Below, one piece after another: positions 49,457-58,680 of a stretch of 58,680 nucleotides of DNA (its first letter is position 1; each line of letters opens with the position of its first letter). The notes under the pieces are model-generated. The model was not told the DNA's origin, did no database searches, and saw only the letters and a program-made list of their open reading frames with translations. Made by a program: the position numbers and the translations under genes. The stretch lies in sequence record SRR20825006_2814; one strand, given 5' to 3'.

Positions 49457-50019
49457 ACGCCGCTATGAACGCCGCAACCAATGCCTGCCGATCCCATCGC
49501 ACCAGCTTGCCTGCTAGTCGACGCATGGTGTGTACACGATCGAAACACACCGGACACAAAAGCAAATTGCGACGGACGGGATCCGCCGTGGTTCTGAGTT
49601 TTTTGGCCATGGCAGTGATGTCGTTGGCCGCGATCAGTATTGTTCGATCACATCGCCGAGCAAACATTCGAGCATCAAACGTTCGACAACAAGTGGAAGG
49701 CCGTTTGGTCGCCGAAGGACTGATTCATCGCAACGTGGCTCTCGCGAGAACAAATGGTGTGTTGCCGGTCGCGAGCTTGGACGCCGAGCTCAGCGATTCA
49801 TCGTTCCCCAACGCGTGGATGGCAAATCCTGTGATCGATCCGGTCAATCAAACGGTGTCATTGCAAGTTTATATGTACCCGGGTGCAACACGGCCTGCTG
49901 CGAGCGTCACGACGGCGATGCCCGCCACGCCGCCTACGCCAACTCCTCCATCGCCAACGGCACCAGTCACTGGGCCTGCCGTTTCCGTTCCGGCTGTGGT
50001 GGCACCTTCGGCATTTTGA
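49453..50019 (+). CDS. Minor pilin, GspK/PilX-like
   Basis: RRTG|SAVVL (no Glu5), AEG motif, Pro/Thr-rich tail. Confidence 0.7.
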   Translation: MNAAMNAATNACRSHRTSLPASRRMVCTRSKHTGHKSKLRRTGSAVVLSFLAMAVMSLAAISIVRSHRRANIRASNVRQQVEGRLVAEGLIHRNVALARTNGVLPVASLDAELSDSSFPNAWMANPVIDPVNQTVSLQVYMYPGATRPAASVTTAMPATPPTPTPPSPTAPVTGPAVSVPAVVAPSAF

Positions 50020-50045
50020 ACTGCCGGTTGAAAAGTGCTAGCCGA

Positions 50046-50723
50046 TTACGAGAGTAGGACGCCGTCTGGGTTAGCCTGCCAAACCTGTCGCGTTCGAACA
50101 TCCATCGCGGTCAAGCAACCACCGCCGTAGCAGTGGGTATCAAGACAAACCAAATGTCCGACGTCTAAGATTTGACCTTCGTGGTTTGCCGTGTGCCCGA
50201 CGAAAGCGGTTTTGCCGCTGTGATGCGGTTCGGGAACGCCTTGTCGAAGTGAGTGCCAACGGAGCATCTCAACCGTTTGTTCCTCCAACGGAACCGCGGG
50301 GTCGTAGGCGGCATGGGTGAAGAAGTAATCTTCGTAGACAAAGTAATCGCCGAGAGATTCAAAGAAAACGCGATGCGATTCCGGAAGAAAATCCAAACCA
50401 CCGTCGAAGCCGTAGCTGTCGAGTGTCTCGACTCCGCCATATCGCAACCAACTGTGATGAGATTCGCTGCCGCGTAGCACGTTCAGCATCATCTCTTCGT
50501 GATTGCCTTGCAGAGCCACCAACTGGGTTTTCTGGCCGCACTGCAGAAGGGTTTCAACTGCCCCTCTGGAATCCGGGCCACGGTCAACGACGTCGCCGAG
50601 AGTCACCACGATATCGTTGGGTTGGGGATCAATTGCCGCAAGAATCGCTTGCAAAGCGACGTTGCAGCCATGGATGTCCCCAATAGCAATCAGGCGTCCA
50701 GTGGATTCGTTTGTTTGTTCCAT
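50046..50723 (-). CDS. Ser/Thr protein phosphatase-like metallophosphoesterase (PphA family)
   Basis: GDIHG, GDVVDRG, GNHE, THA, GHT, DT. Confidence 0.9.
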   Translation of the reverse strand: MEQTNESTGRLIAIGDIHGCNVALQAILAAIDPQPNDIVVTLGDVVDRGPDSRGAVETLLQCGQKTQLVALQGNHEEMMLNVLRGSESHHSWLRYGGVETLDSYGFDGGLDFLPESHRVFFESLGDYFVYEDYFFTHAAYDPAVPLEEQTVEMLRWHSLRQGVPEPHHSGKTAFVGHTANHEGQILDVGHLVCLDTHCYGGGCLTAMDVRTRQVWQANPDGVLLS

Positions 50724-50941
50724 CAAATCGGCCTGATCCTCAAGTCAACGAGGTTTCGAATCGAGCGGTTAAGACTGTGAATCGGACTTTCGATTACAAT
50801 CAAAGGGTTCAAATCGTCGCAAAAAACGTTTGAGAGAGTATCCCGGATCAATCTCGGATCGCAAATCTTCGCCCATGATCGCTGGTTTGCAATCCCCACG
50901 GCCCGGCTTTGTGAACGTAAATTAGCTGAAAATTGGATTTC

Positions 50942-53044
50942 ATGAGCGACTCATCGTTTCTATCATCGATTAAGAAAGCATTGACCTCCGGCTCGCGGTC
51001 TGAAGACAGCGTGATGTCGGAAGACGATGTCGTTCATCCGTACGAAAACGGGGAGTCGAGCGAACTGTGGGAAGACGAATCGTTTTGGGATGCTGATGAA
51101 ACGGTAGCGATGGTTGGCAGCATGCTGGTGCATCTGGTTGTCATCCTGTCGCTCGCTTTGGTGCAACTGCAGAACCCCATCGACGACGAAGCGGTGGTGA
51201 TGATCGCACCACCACCTGAATACGAAGAGACGGTGGATTTGATCGAGGAGATCGTTGTCAGCGATCAACCTCAGGTTGAAATCGGTTCCGACGCTTTGGC
51301 GGAGTTTGACATGGCGGAAGCTTCCGCCGCGACATTCGCCGAAATCGCGAACATGGTCAGTCCGGTGGACCTGGAGCCAACCGATTTGGGTGACATCATG
51401 GTCAACAAGATGTTTAGCCAACCGGTCGCACCTCAAGATCGCTTGACCGATCAAAAAGGTCGCGTAGGACAAGGCACCGCTGGCGCATCAGGGGCAGTCG
51501 ATCAGATCACGTTCGAGGTCATGCAGGCCGCTGAAGAACGTCCCACATTGATCGTGTGGTTGTTCGACCAAAGCGGTTCGCTCACGCGACAACGCCAAGA
51601 CATTCGTGATCGGTTCGATCGCATCTACGAAGAGCTCGGGATGCTTCGCGAACAATTGGACGCGAAGACTGCTGGCGAAGATCCCAGCGATCCTTCCGAA
51701 GCGCGTGTGCTGACGTCGATCATCGGGTTCGGCGAGAAGGTCCAACTGTTCACCGAAGAACCCACAGCGGACTTGGATTTGATCAAGCAGACCGTTGCTG
51801 ACATCCCGGTCGACAACTCCGGTACCGAGCGAGTTTTCACTGCGATCGAATCCGCCGCCAAGCAATACAACTCTCTGCGTCGCAGCAACGGACCTCGAGG
51901 TCCAAAACGCAATGTGATGTTTGTTGTCGTGACGGATGAACGCGGCGATGACGCTCACTTGCTGGAGTCATCGATTGGATCTTGCCGCAAATGGGGCATT
52001 CCGGTTTATGTCGTTGGCGTTCCCGCACCGTTCGGTCGCGAACATACGCTGGTCAAGTACGTCGACCCGGACCCTGAATACGATCAAACGCCCCAATGGG
52101 CGCAAGTTGACCAGGGGCCTGAAACGTTCTTGCCCGAACGCGTTCAGCTGAGCTTCACTGGAAACTTTGAAGAAGAACCGGTGATCGATAGTGGTTTCGG
52201 GCCGTATGGTTTGACCCGTTTGTGTTACGAAACGGGAGGGATCTATTTCACGGTCCATCCAAACCGCAACGTCTCACGCGAGGTTCGGCGAGGCGAGATT
52301 GATGCGTTCACCGCGGATTTGCGTGCGTTCTTTGATCCGACCGCGATGGCTCGCTATCGTCCGGATTATTTGTCGCCTCAAGACTACGTCAAAGCAGTCA
52401 AACGCAGCCCACTCCGCCAGGCATTGATTGCGGCGGCACAAATTAAAAATGTAAACGGGATCCAGCGCCCTCAAACTCGATTCGTGAAACGCAACGAAGC
52501 TGGATTGGCCCAAGCGCTGACGACTGCCCAACAAGATGCCGCGAAATTGGAACCGGTTCTGATCCAATTGGCTGCTACTTTGGAACAGGGTTTGAAAGAC
52601 CGCGACAAAGAAGAGAGTCTCCGTTGGTTGGCGGGTTTTGATCTGGCCTACGGTCGCGTGCTGGCCCAGAAGGTTCGGACAGAGACCTACAACGCGATCC
52701 TTGCCAAAGCAAAGCGAGGGATGCCGTTTGAAGAAGAAAAGAACAACACTTGGGTGCTGAAGCCAGCCGACGAGATAACGGTCGGTAGCAAGTGGCAGCG
52801 AGAAGCGGACACTGCCCGCGAGTTTCTGCAGCGAGTGGTCGCAGAACACGAAGGCACTCCCTGGGCGATGTTGGCTGAGAAGGAGCTCGAAGTTCCAATC
52901 GGATGGGTTTGGACCGAGACCTTCACGGATCTGAGCCCGCCGCGAACCAATGGTGGTAACAACGGCAACAACAATCGTCCTCCGCGCGACGATCAAAAAC
53001 GCATGATTAAACGAGCTCCCAAGCGTCCTGTGCCAAAGCTGTAA
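50942..53044 (+). CDS. Membrane-anchored vWA domain protein
   Basis: N-terminal TM (SMLVHLVVILSL), acidic linker, MIDAS DQSGS, VVVTDE. Confidence 0.8.
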   Translation: MSDSSFLSSIKKALTSGSRSEDSVMSEDDVVHPYENGESSELWEDESFWDADETVAMVGSMLVHLVVILSLALVQLQNPIDDEAVVMIAPPPEYEETVDLIEEIVVSDQPQVEIGSDALAEFDMAEASAATFAEIANMVSPVDLEPTDLGDIMVNKMFSQPVAPQDRLTDQKGRVGQGTAGASGAVDQITFEVMQAAEERPTLIVWLFDQSGSLTRQRQDIRDRFDRIYEELGMLREQLDAKTAGEDPSDPSEARVLTSIIGFGEKVQLFTEEPTADLDLIKQTVADIPVDNSGTERVFTAIESAAKQYNSLRRSNGPRGPKRNVMFVVVTDERGDDAHLLESSIGSCRKWGIPVYVVGVPAPFGREHTLVKYVDPDPEYDQTPQWAQVDQGPETFLPERVQLSFTGNFEEEPVIDSGFGPYGLTRLCYETGGIYFTVHPNRNVSREVRRGEIDAFTADLRAFFDPTAMARYRPDYLSPQDYVKAVKRSPLRQALIAAAQIKNVNGIQRPQTRFVKRNEAGLAQALTTAQQDAAKLEPVLIQLAATLEQGLKDRDKEESLRWLAGFDLAYGRVLAQKVRTETYNAILAKAKRGMPFEEEKNNTWVLKPADEITVGSKWQREADTAREFLQRVVAEHEGTPWAMLAEKELEVPIGWVWTETFTDLSPPRTNGGNNGNNNRPPRDDQKRMIKRAPKRPVPKL

Positions 53045-53399
53045 GCTCACCAAGGCAATGATCACGTTGGATTGCTGAGATTGGCCATCCCGAATGATGT
53101 TGGCAGTTGGCGGATCCTTTGTTGTCTTCGTCATTCATCCACGCGGGCGAACACGCGTGTTGCGCCAGGCTGGCGATGTCTTCTGATATGACCGAGGGCA
53201 TGCTGGTCATGTCCGTGAAACTCCCGGCAAATCGATTGGTGGGCTCAAACCGAAACACCCTCCATTGGTGTGGCGGCCACAGCCGAAAACTTCGTAGGTT
53301 CCGCTCAAGCGTCAAGGTCGACGCTTCCGATACCACCGATACCGGCACACCTGAGCCGATTTTGGCTCCCTTTGAGAAAGACAAAAAGGATTTTGTCCG

Positions 53400-54533
53400 A
53401 TGCGTTTGTCCTCCAAACCACCGCGAATTGATTCTTCCACTGCGTCCTCGCAATGGTCGCGAGTGATGCCGGCAACGGTCTTGCTCGGTTTGACAACAAT
53501 CTTCACCAGTGTCGCCCAAGCTGATATTCAGTGGCGTAAAGATCTCACCGCCGCCCAAGCGGAAGCACAGCAAAACGGAAAAGGTCTGTTGCTGCACTTC
53601 ACCAGTGACAATTGCGTCTGGTGTGATCGCTTGGAAGCGGGTGCTTTCAAGAGTCCCGAAGTGGGATCCGCTGTCGAGCAAAAGTTCGTTCCGGTCAAAG
53701 TCCACGCTGGCAAATCGCCCGAGTTGGCCAAGATGTTCGGTGTGACAAAGTTTCCGACCGATGTGATGATCACGCCGACCGGAAAGCCCTTGGGCACGTC
53801 GGTCAGCCCGCAAGATCCAAAGCGATATGTTGCGATGTTGGCAATCGCGGCGAAGAAAATGCCGTCGATGATGACAACGCCTGCACCTGGTGCAACGCAG
53901 ACGATGATGGCATCCAATGGACAATCGCCGGCTGGTGCTCCTGCGACCACCGCTGCCGCGACCACGCCACCTCGCACCCAGCAAAACCCGCACGTTGCCG
54001 CCAGCAACTTGCCTTCGCCTGACAGTCAATTCGCGGGAGGAGCAACCGGTCGTTTGGCCGGAGCTCGCACCGATGGAATGACTTTGGGCATGCCAGCTCA
54101 ATCGTCACCGAAACCAGAGGCCAAGACACCGGCCTTTGGCACCGATCAACCAAAACTTGCGATGGAAGGTTTCTGTTCCGTCACCGTGATCAACGAAGAC
54201 CAATGGGTCGAAGGCAATCCAAAGTTTGGAGTGGTTCACCTCGGAAAGCTGTATCTGTTCCAAAACGAAGCCAAGATGAAGACATTCTTGGCTGACCCGA
54301 CTCCATACACTCCTGTGTTGAACGAAATCGATGTGGTTCGTTTCTTCGAAGAACGTGTGATCGTTCCTGGGAAACGTCAGTTTGGAATGAAGGATCCGGT
54401 TCATCAACGCATGTTCTTCTTCGCTGACGAAGCCGCGATGGATCACTTTTGGAATGAGTACGAACGCTACACTGACGCCGCGATCGAAGTCATGGACCAC
54501 GCCGTGCGGGATGCAAATCCTGGGGTGAACTGA
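53400..54533 (+). CDS. Exported thioredoxin-fold protein with tandem YHS-like domains
   Basis: Signal ending AQA; HFTSDNCVWC, FPT cis-Pro; P/A/T linker; GFCSV...GKLYLF...F..DP..Y followed by a second similar unit; start may be 53466. Confidence 0.72.
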   Translation: MRLSSKPPRIDSSTASSQWSRVMPATVLLGLTTIFTSVAQADIQWRKDLTAAQAEAQQNGKGLLLHFTSDNCVWCDRLEAGAFKSPEVGSAVEQKFVPVKVHAGKSPELAKMFGVTKFPTDVMITPTGKPLGTSVSPQDPKRYVAMLAIAAKKMPSMMTTPAPGATQTMMASNGQSPAGAPATTAAATTPPRTQQNPHVAASNLPSPDSQFAGGATGRLAGARTDGMTLGMPAQSSPKPEAKTPAFGTDQPKLAMEGFCSVTVINEDQWVEGNPKFGVVHLGKLYLFQNEAKMKTFLADPTPYTPVLNEIDVVRFFEERVIVPGKRQFGMKDPVHQRMFFFADEAAMDHFWNEYERYTDAAIEVMDHAVRDANPGVN

Positions 54534-54571
54534 TCCGCCGATCGACGCAAACGCATTACTGATACTCGCAC

Positions 54572-54600
54572 ACGCCTCGTTGGATTGACCAGCGAGGCGT
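54572..54600 (+). terminator. Terminator-like hairpin
   Basis: ACGCCTCGTTGG-ATTGA-CCAGCGAGGCGT after the gene stop. Confidence 0.65.
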
Positions 54601-54793
54601 ATTGCGTTTGATAGAGTGAACCGTGGTTGTTCCGGATGTAGCGGACGTGAGGAGTGAACCGCTCAGGGAATCCAGGAAGGGGGCGCCGATTGCCGTCTTG
54701 CTAAGGCGCGGTCACGCACAATGGTGTAACCTTTCGGGCGGAACCACGTCGCGGGGGCGAGGCCGCATTGCGCGTAATTGTTGAGATGAACGC

Positions 54794-56920
54794 ATGCCGT
54801 CGTGCACCTCGGATGTTTCCGGTTCCACTGCCAATTCAACCATTGCTACCAAGCAAACCACCTCGTGGTTTGTTTTCGCGGGAGCGACATTGCTGGGCGC
54901 CTTCTTGGTGTTTCAGGTTCAGCCAGTAATCAGCAAGTGTGTGCTGCCGTGGTTTGGTGGTACGCCGGCGGTTTGGACGACCTGTTTGCTGTTCTTCCAA
55001 GTTCTCTTGTTCGCTGGGTATCTCTACGCTCACTGCATCAGACGATTTCTGCCACCGGCTTTGCAGGGCGTCGTGCATTTGGTGTTGCTGTGTGCGGCGG
55101 CTTGGTCATTGCCAATCGCACCCTCAGATGCGTGGAAGCCTGTCGGAACCGAAGATCCAACCTGGGCACTGTTGTGGTTGTTGACTGCACACGTCGCATT
55201 GCCGTACTTCGTGCTCTCCAGCACCGGTCCTTTGGTGCAAGCTTGGTTGAGCTACGAAAATCAATCCGAATCGGTCTATCGATTGTACGCTCTTTCCAAC
55301 GTCGGTTCGTTGGTCGCATTGCTGAGCTACCCATTTGTCGTCGAGCCATTGTTGTCGATTGAACAGCAGTCGGTGTTTTGGTCGCTGGCGTTTTATGCGT
55401 TCGTTGTCGTGGATGGTTGGCTAGCGATCTGTTTGCTACGTCGGCGAAAAGGAAACGCGACGACCACTAACGAAGACGCCGCCGAAAGCCATTCCGTTCT
55501 TGCCAAACTAGGCGTTGCGGACTGGGGTGTTTGGATCGGCCTGCCCGCCTTGGCGTCTGTCATGCTGTTGGTGGTGACTAGTCATGTTTGCCAAGACATT
55601 GCCGTGATGCCATTCCTTTGGGTGTTGCCGCTCAGTTTGTATTTGCTCAGCTTCATCATCAGCTTTGATTCACCAAACTGGTATCGCCCGAAACTCATCG
55701 CCGCGTTTACCGGATTGGCGTTCGTCGTCATCCAATTGAAAGGCTGGTTCCCCGGCAATTGGCAGATGCCGATGGAGGCATTGTCATATTTGGTCGTGTT
55801 GTTTGGCGTGTGTTTGCTGTGCCACGGTGAAACCGCGGCTCGAAAACCAGCGACCCAACGACTGACTTTGTACTACGCACTGATTTCATTCGGTGGTGCG
55901 ATGGGCGGCATCTTGGTCGCATTGATCTGCCCGCTGGTTTTTCAAGACTACCGCGAACTTCCCATTGCGATGTCGTTGTCGATTGGCATCGTTGCGATCA
56001 CGTTCTTGGCTTCTCGCTCTTGGATGACCACCACGTGCGATTGGAAACTGTCCAAAGGCGTCAACGGATTGATCGTAGTGATTATCGGATTCACCGCCGT
56101 CGTGACCACGATGACGAACCGCACCGACACGATCGATCAACGTCGGAATTTCTTTGGTGTGCTTCGCGTCGAGAACGATGCGGAACGCGTGCAACTGGTA
56201 CATGGCAATACGATCCACGGAATTCAATTGCATGGTCCGGAACGCATGACACCCACTTCATACTTTGGACACAGCAGTGGTATCGGGCGATTGATCCACA
56301 CGATGCAGGCTGAGTCACCCGAGATGCGTATTGGCGTCATCGGTTTGGGTTGTGGAGTGCTGGCTGCCTATGGACGAGATGGAGACTCCATGGACATGTA
56401 CGAAATCAATCCCGACGTGTTAGCGATTGCGGAGGAACACTTCACCTTCCTCAGCGACTGCCCCGGCGCGATCGAACATCACTTGGGCGACGGTCGTTTG
56501 TTGCTGGAACGCCATACGGATAAGAAGTTTGATTTGCTGATCCTGGATGCTTTCAGTAGCGATGCCATTCCAGCTCACCTCCTAACGCTCGAAGCGATGC
56601 AACTGTATCGGGAGCGATTGGCGGAAGATGGGGTGTTGGCAGTGCATGTTTCGAACAACCACCTCGATTTGGTGCCGCTGACGCACCGGTTGACCCAGGC
56701 GATCGGGATGCCCAGCCGGCTGATTCAGAACAACCACCGCGATCAGGTTTACACCCGCCCATCGCGTTGGGTGATCGCCACAGATCGCGACGACGCGTTT
56801 TGGGACTCGGACTATTTGAGCGTGGCACAGAAACCGGATGCGTCCGTCGTCGAGTCTGCACCTCTGTGGACGGACCAGCATCACAATTTGGCGAGCGTGT
56901 TGATTTGGCCGTCGTTGTGA
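54794..56920 (+). CDS. Multi-pass membrane protein fused to a spermidine-synthase-like SAM-binding domain
   Basis: Many TMs; RNFFG, HGNTIHG, VIGLGCG, YEINP, GDGR, DAFSSDAIP.HL.T.EA. Confidence 0.85.
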   Translation: MPSCTSDVSGSTANSTIATKQTTSWFVFAGATLLGAFLVFQVQPVISKCVLPWFGGTPAVWTTCLLFFQVLLFAGYLYAHCIRRFLPPALQGVVHLVLLCAAAWSLPIAPSDAWKPVGTEDPTWALLWLLTAHVALPYFVLSSTGPLVQAWLSYENQSESVYRLYALSNVGSLVALLSYPFVVEPLLSIEQQSVFWSLAFYAFVVVDGWLAICLLRRRKGNATTTNEDAAESHSVLAKLGVADWGVWIGLPALASVMLLVVTSHVCQDIAVMPFLWVLPLSLYLLSFIISFDSPNWYRPKLIAAFTGLAFVVIQLKGWFPGNWQMPMEALSYLVVLFGVCLLCHGETAARKPATQRLTLYYALISFGGAMGGILVALICPLVFQDYRELPIAMSLSIGIVAITFLASRSWMTTTCDWKLSKGVNGLIVVIIGFTAVVTTMTNRTDTIDQRRNFFGVLRVENDAERVQLVHGNTIHGIQLHGPERMTPTSYFGHSSGIGRLIHTMQAESPEMRIGVIGLGCGVLAAYGRDGDSMDMYEINPDVLAIAEEHFTFLSDCPGAIEHHLGDGRLLLERHTDKKFDLLILDAFSSDAIPAHLLTLEAMQLYRERLAEDGVLAVHVSNNHLDLVPLTHRLTQAIGMPSRLIQNNHRDQVYTRPSRWVIATDRDDAFWDSDYLSVAQKPDASVVESAPLWTDQHHNLASVLIWPSL

Positions 56921-57033
56921 TGCGAATGGCTCGCTCATTCGAGCTTGTCGGCCGCAATCGCGATCGTGCAAAGTTAAATTTGTCGCACCTGAGAAGAAGT
57001 GCAAAGAATCGTCGAAACCAGGTTCCGACGGGC

Positions 57034-57061
57034 TTGACGCACAGCGATTCAAGTCGATAAT
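57034..57061 (+). promoter_or_regulatory. Putative sigma-70 promoter of the tRNA
   Basis: TTGACG, 16 bp, GATAAT, ending 14 nt before the tRNA. Confidence 0.5.
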
Positions 57062-57075
57062 CTGCCTCTTCACCC

Positions 57076-57148
57076 GGGGGATTAGCTCAGTTGGGAGAGC
57101 GACGCGCTGGCAGCGCGTAGGTCATCGGTTCAAGTCCGTTATCCTCCA
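57076..57148 (+). tRNA. tRNA-Ala (anticodon GGC), CCA not encoded
   Basis: Acceptor GGGGGAT/ATCCTCC with G3-U70; D arm TAGCTCAGTTGGGAGAGC; anticodon arm ACGCG-CTGGCAG-CGCGT; T loop GGTTCAAGTCC; discriminator A. Confidence 0.96.
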
Positions 57149-57151
57149 CTC

Positions 57152-57185
57152 AAAAGCCGCTTGTGATGACGCAAGCGGCTTTTTT
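57152..57185 (+). terminator. Intrinsic terminator after the tRNA
   Basis: AAAAGCCGCTTG-loop-CAAGCGGCTTTTTT. Confidence 0.9.
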
Positions 57186-57461
57186 CGTGCGCCGATCTCG
57201 CGATTTCGGATCGCTTCGGCCTCCCCTGGTAATCTGGCATTTGTGGTGACTCTGACTGAGAACCGACCGGTAGACGTCATTGTTTTTTGCTCGACTTTGG
57301 CTGGTTGATTGAGTCTTCCTCAGAAGAGTTTCGCAAGGAGCACGCTTTTACGCGCCCCTTCTTCGAATCAACCACGCCGAGTTTGCTGGAACGAGGACTG
57401 ACAACTTCAAGTTGTTGTCCGCTTCCGTAGCCACGTTGGATCTGACCAAATGGAAGCCTGA

Positions 57462-58400
57462 ATGATGGACGACTTCAATGAGCGTCTTGCGATTGTAAAA
57501 TCCGAACTTCGTCAAAAGAACAAGCTTGAGTCGATGCTGCGTTCAGCGCAGGCTTCTTTTGCACTGGCCAGACGCAAGCGAGACAAACTGAAGAAGCTTC
57601 TTGCGAAAGAACAGTCGGATGTGGATGCGATGGAAGGTCTGAGCATCACTGGGTTGTTTCGTGCGATGCTCGGCGACAAAGAGCAAAGGTTGCAGAAGGA
57701 GCGTCAGGAGCTTGTCGCCGCAAAGCTGAAGCACGATCAAGCCGCCGACACCGCCAAAGATCTGAGCGATGACGTCAAGCGTCTAAAAGAAGCATTGGCG
57801 AAACGAGAGAACGCAAACGCAGAGTACGAACTGCTGCTCGCCGAGAAGGCGGATCAACTTGCCGCGAACGAAAGCGACGCGACGGGAAAGCTCGTCGAAC
57901 TCACCCATCAGATCGCTGATCTGACGGCGGACCAGAAAGAACTTGACGACGCCGCTGAGGCTGGGCACCTCGCGCTCAAGGCTGTTGCGGAAATCCAAGG
58001 TACGCTCGCATCGGCTGCAAACTGGGGCGTGTTTGATATGATTGGTGGCGGGATGCTCGTGACGATGGCAAAGCACTCGGCAATAGACGCCGCTAAAAAG
58101 CAAGCCAGGATTGCACAACGGAAATTGATTCAGTTTGAGGAAGAACTTGCGGATACGTCTGAGCTTCTTCGAGTGTCACTGAAGATTGATGGTTTCTCGA
58201 CGTTTGCAGACTATTTTTTCGATGGATTGATTGCAGACTGGATCGTTCAATCAAAAATTCAAAGGGCAAAAGCCGAGTGCTCCAAGACAATCTCTTCGGT
58301 GAAGACCGCGATTCGTCAGTGCGAAAATCGTCGGAAATCAGTTCGCTCCGAGATCGAGATGCTTACTGAGCGAAAGCAAGAATTGATCGAAAGAGCGTGA
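57462..58400 (+). CDS. Hypothetical coiled-coil protein
   Basis: 312-aa ORF, mostly heptad helices with two aromatic patches (WGVFDMIGGG, FADYFFDGLIADW). Confidence 0.75.
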   Translation: MMDDFNERLAIVKSELRQKNKLESMLRSAQASFALARRKRDKLKKLLAKEQSDVDAMEGLSITGLFRAMLGDKEQRLQKERQELVAAKLKHDQAADTAKDLSDDVKRLKEALAKRENANAEYELLLAEKADQLAANESDATGKLVELTHQIADLTADQKELDDAAEAGHLALKAVAEIQGTLASAANWGVFDMIGGGMLVTMAKHSAIDAAKKQARIAQRKLIQFEEELADTSELLRVSLKIDGFSTFADYFFDGLIADWIVQSKIQRAKAECSKTISSVKTAIRQCENRRKSVRSEIEMLTERKQELIERA

Positions 58401-58598
58401 TCGATGAGTTCGCAAGATCGGAATCGCATGTTGTCCGTGGCCGTCAAAAGACGGGACTTGCAATGACTCTGGACTGACTTAGCGCACGGGAAAAAGATCG
58501 CACTCCGTGGGCAGGTCAACGAGTCGGACGGTCCATAGGGCGTGTTACTGCAGCAAGCGAGGCAGTGTTTTCTCGCGTCGTCGGAACGAGCTCAAACA

Positions 58599-58666
58599 GG
58601 CTGTTGATTTATACGTTTCGAAGATTCAGCGATCCGTTGATACGCGTTAGCGGGCTGTTGATTTAT
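58599..58666. repeat. 14-bp direct repeat GGCTGTTGATTTAT x2, possibly the end of a dispersed repeat/MITE
   Basis: Exact copies at 58599-58612 and 58653-58666; the window ends before any partner end. Confidence 0.5.
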
Positions 58667-58680
58667 TGAGCCGCACCGCG

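Noticed and set aside
28115-50019. tadABC assembling the five-pilin cassette
   Set aside because: The pilins are type IVa/T2SS-like rather than Flp, and lie 16 kb away
54794-56920. True spermidine synthase (speE)
   Set aside because: Large membrane domain and GLGCG rather than the GGGDG motif; substrate unknown, so no symbol given
58599-58680. Direct repeats as the start of a CRISPR array
   Set aside because: Only two 14-bp copies, too short for CRISPR repeats, and no cas genes in the window

Overview
Gene-dense bacterial chromosome segment, most likely from a Rhodopirellula-like planctomycete (inferred from the DUF1501/DUF1549-DUF1553/planctomycete cytochrome c genes; not verified by search). 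It holds about 45 CDS and one tRNA-Ala(GGC); I saw no CRISPR array, transposase or integrase. Housekeeping content: argB-argD-like-argF, a ribose-type ABC transporter, recQ, yidD, birA and tadABC. Most interesting: (1) a squalene-hopene-cyclase-like gene translationally coupled to a DUF116-polyprenyl synthase fusion and followed by a chorismate-lyase-fold gene, a candidate new terpenoid/meroterpenoid pathway; (2) an intact argD-position gene that lacks the PLP lysine and carries a very acidic tail; (3) an exported metallothionein-like protein with two 12-Cys repeats, preceded by a second Cys-rich ORF; (4) further pseudo-enzymes (a dead HD-GYP domain on a diguanylate cyclase, and a triad-less alpha/beta hydrolase beside a receiver protein); (5) a G-R-R-x-[S/T]-D motif shared by that cyclase and a nearby kinase-less polysaccharide co-polymerase; (6) a four-gene exported heme-protein module and a stand-alone five-pilin cassette. 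All family calls come from recognising motifs by eye, and many start codons are best guesses.
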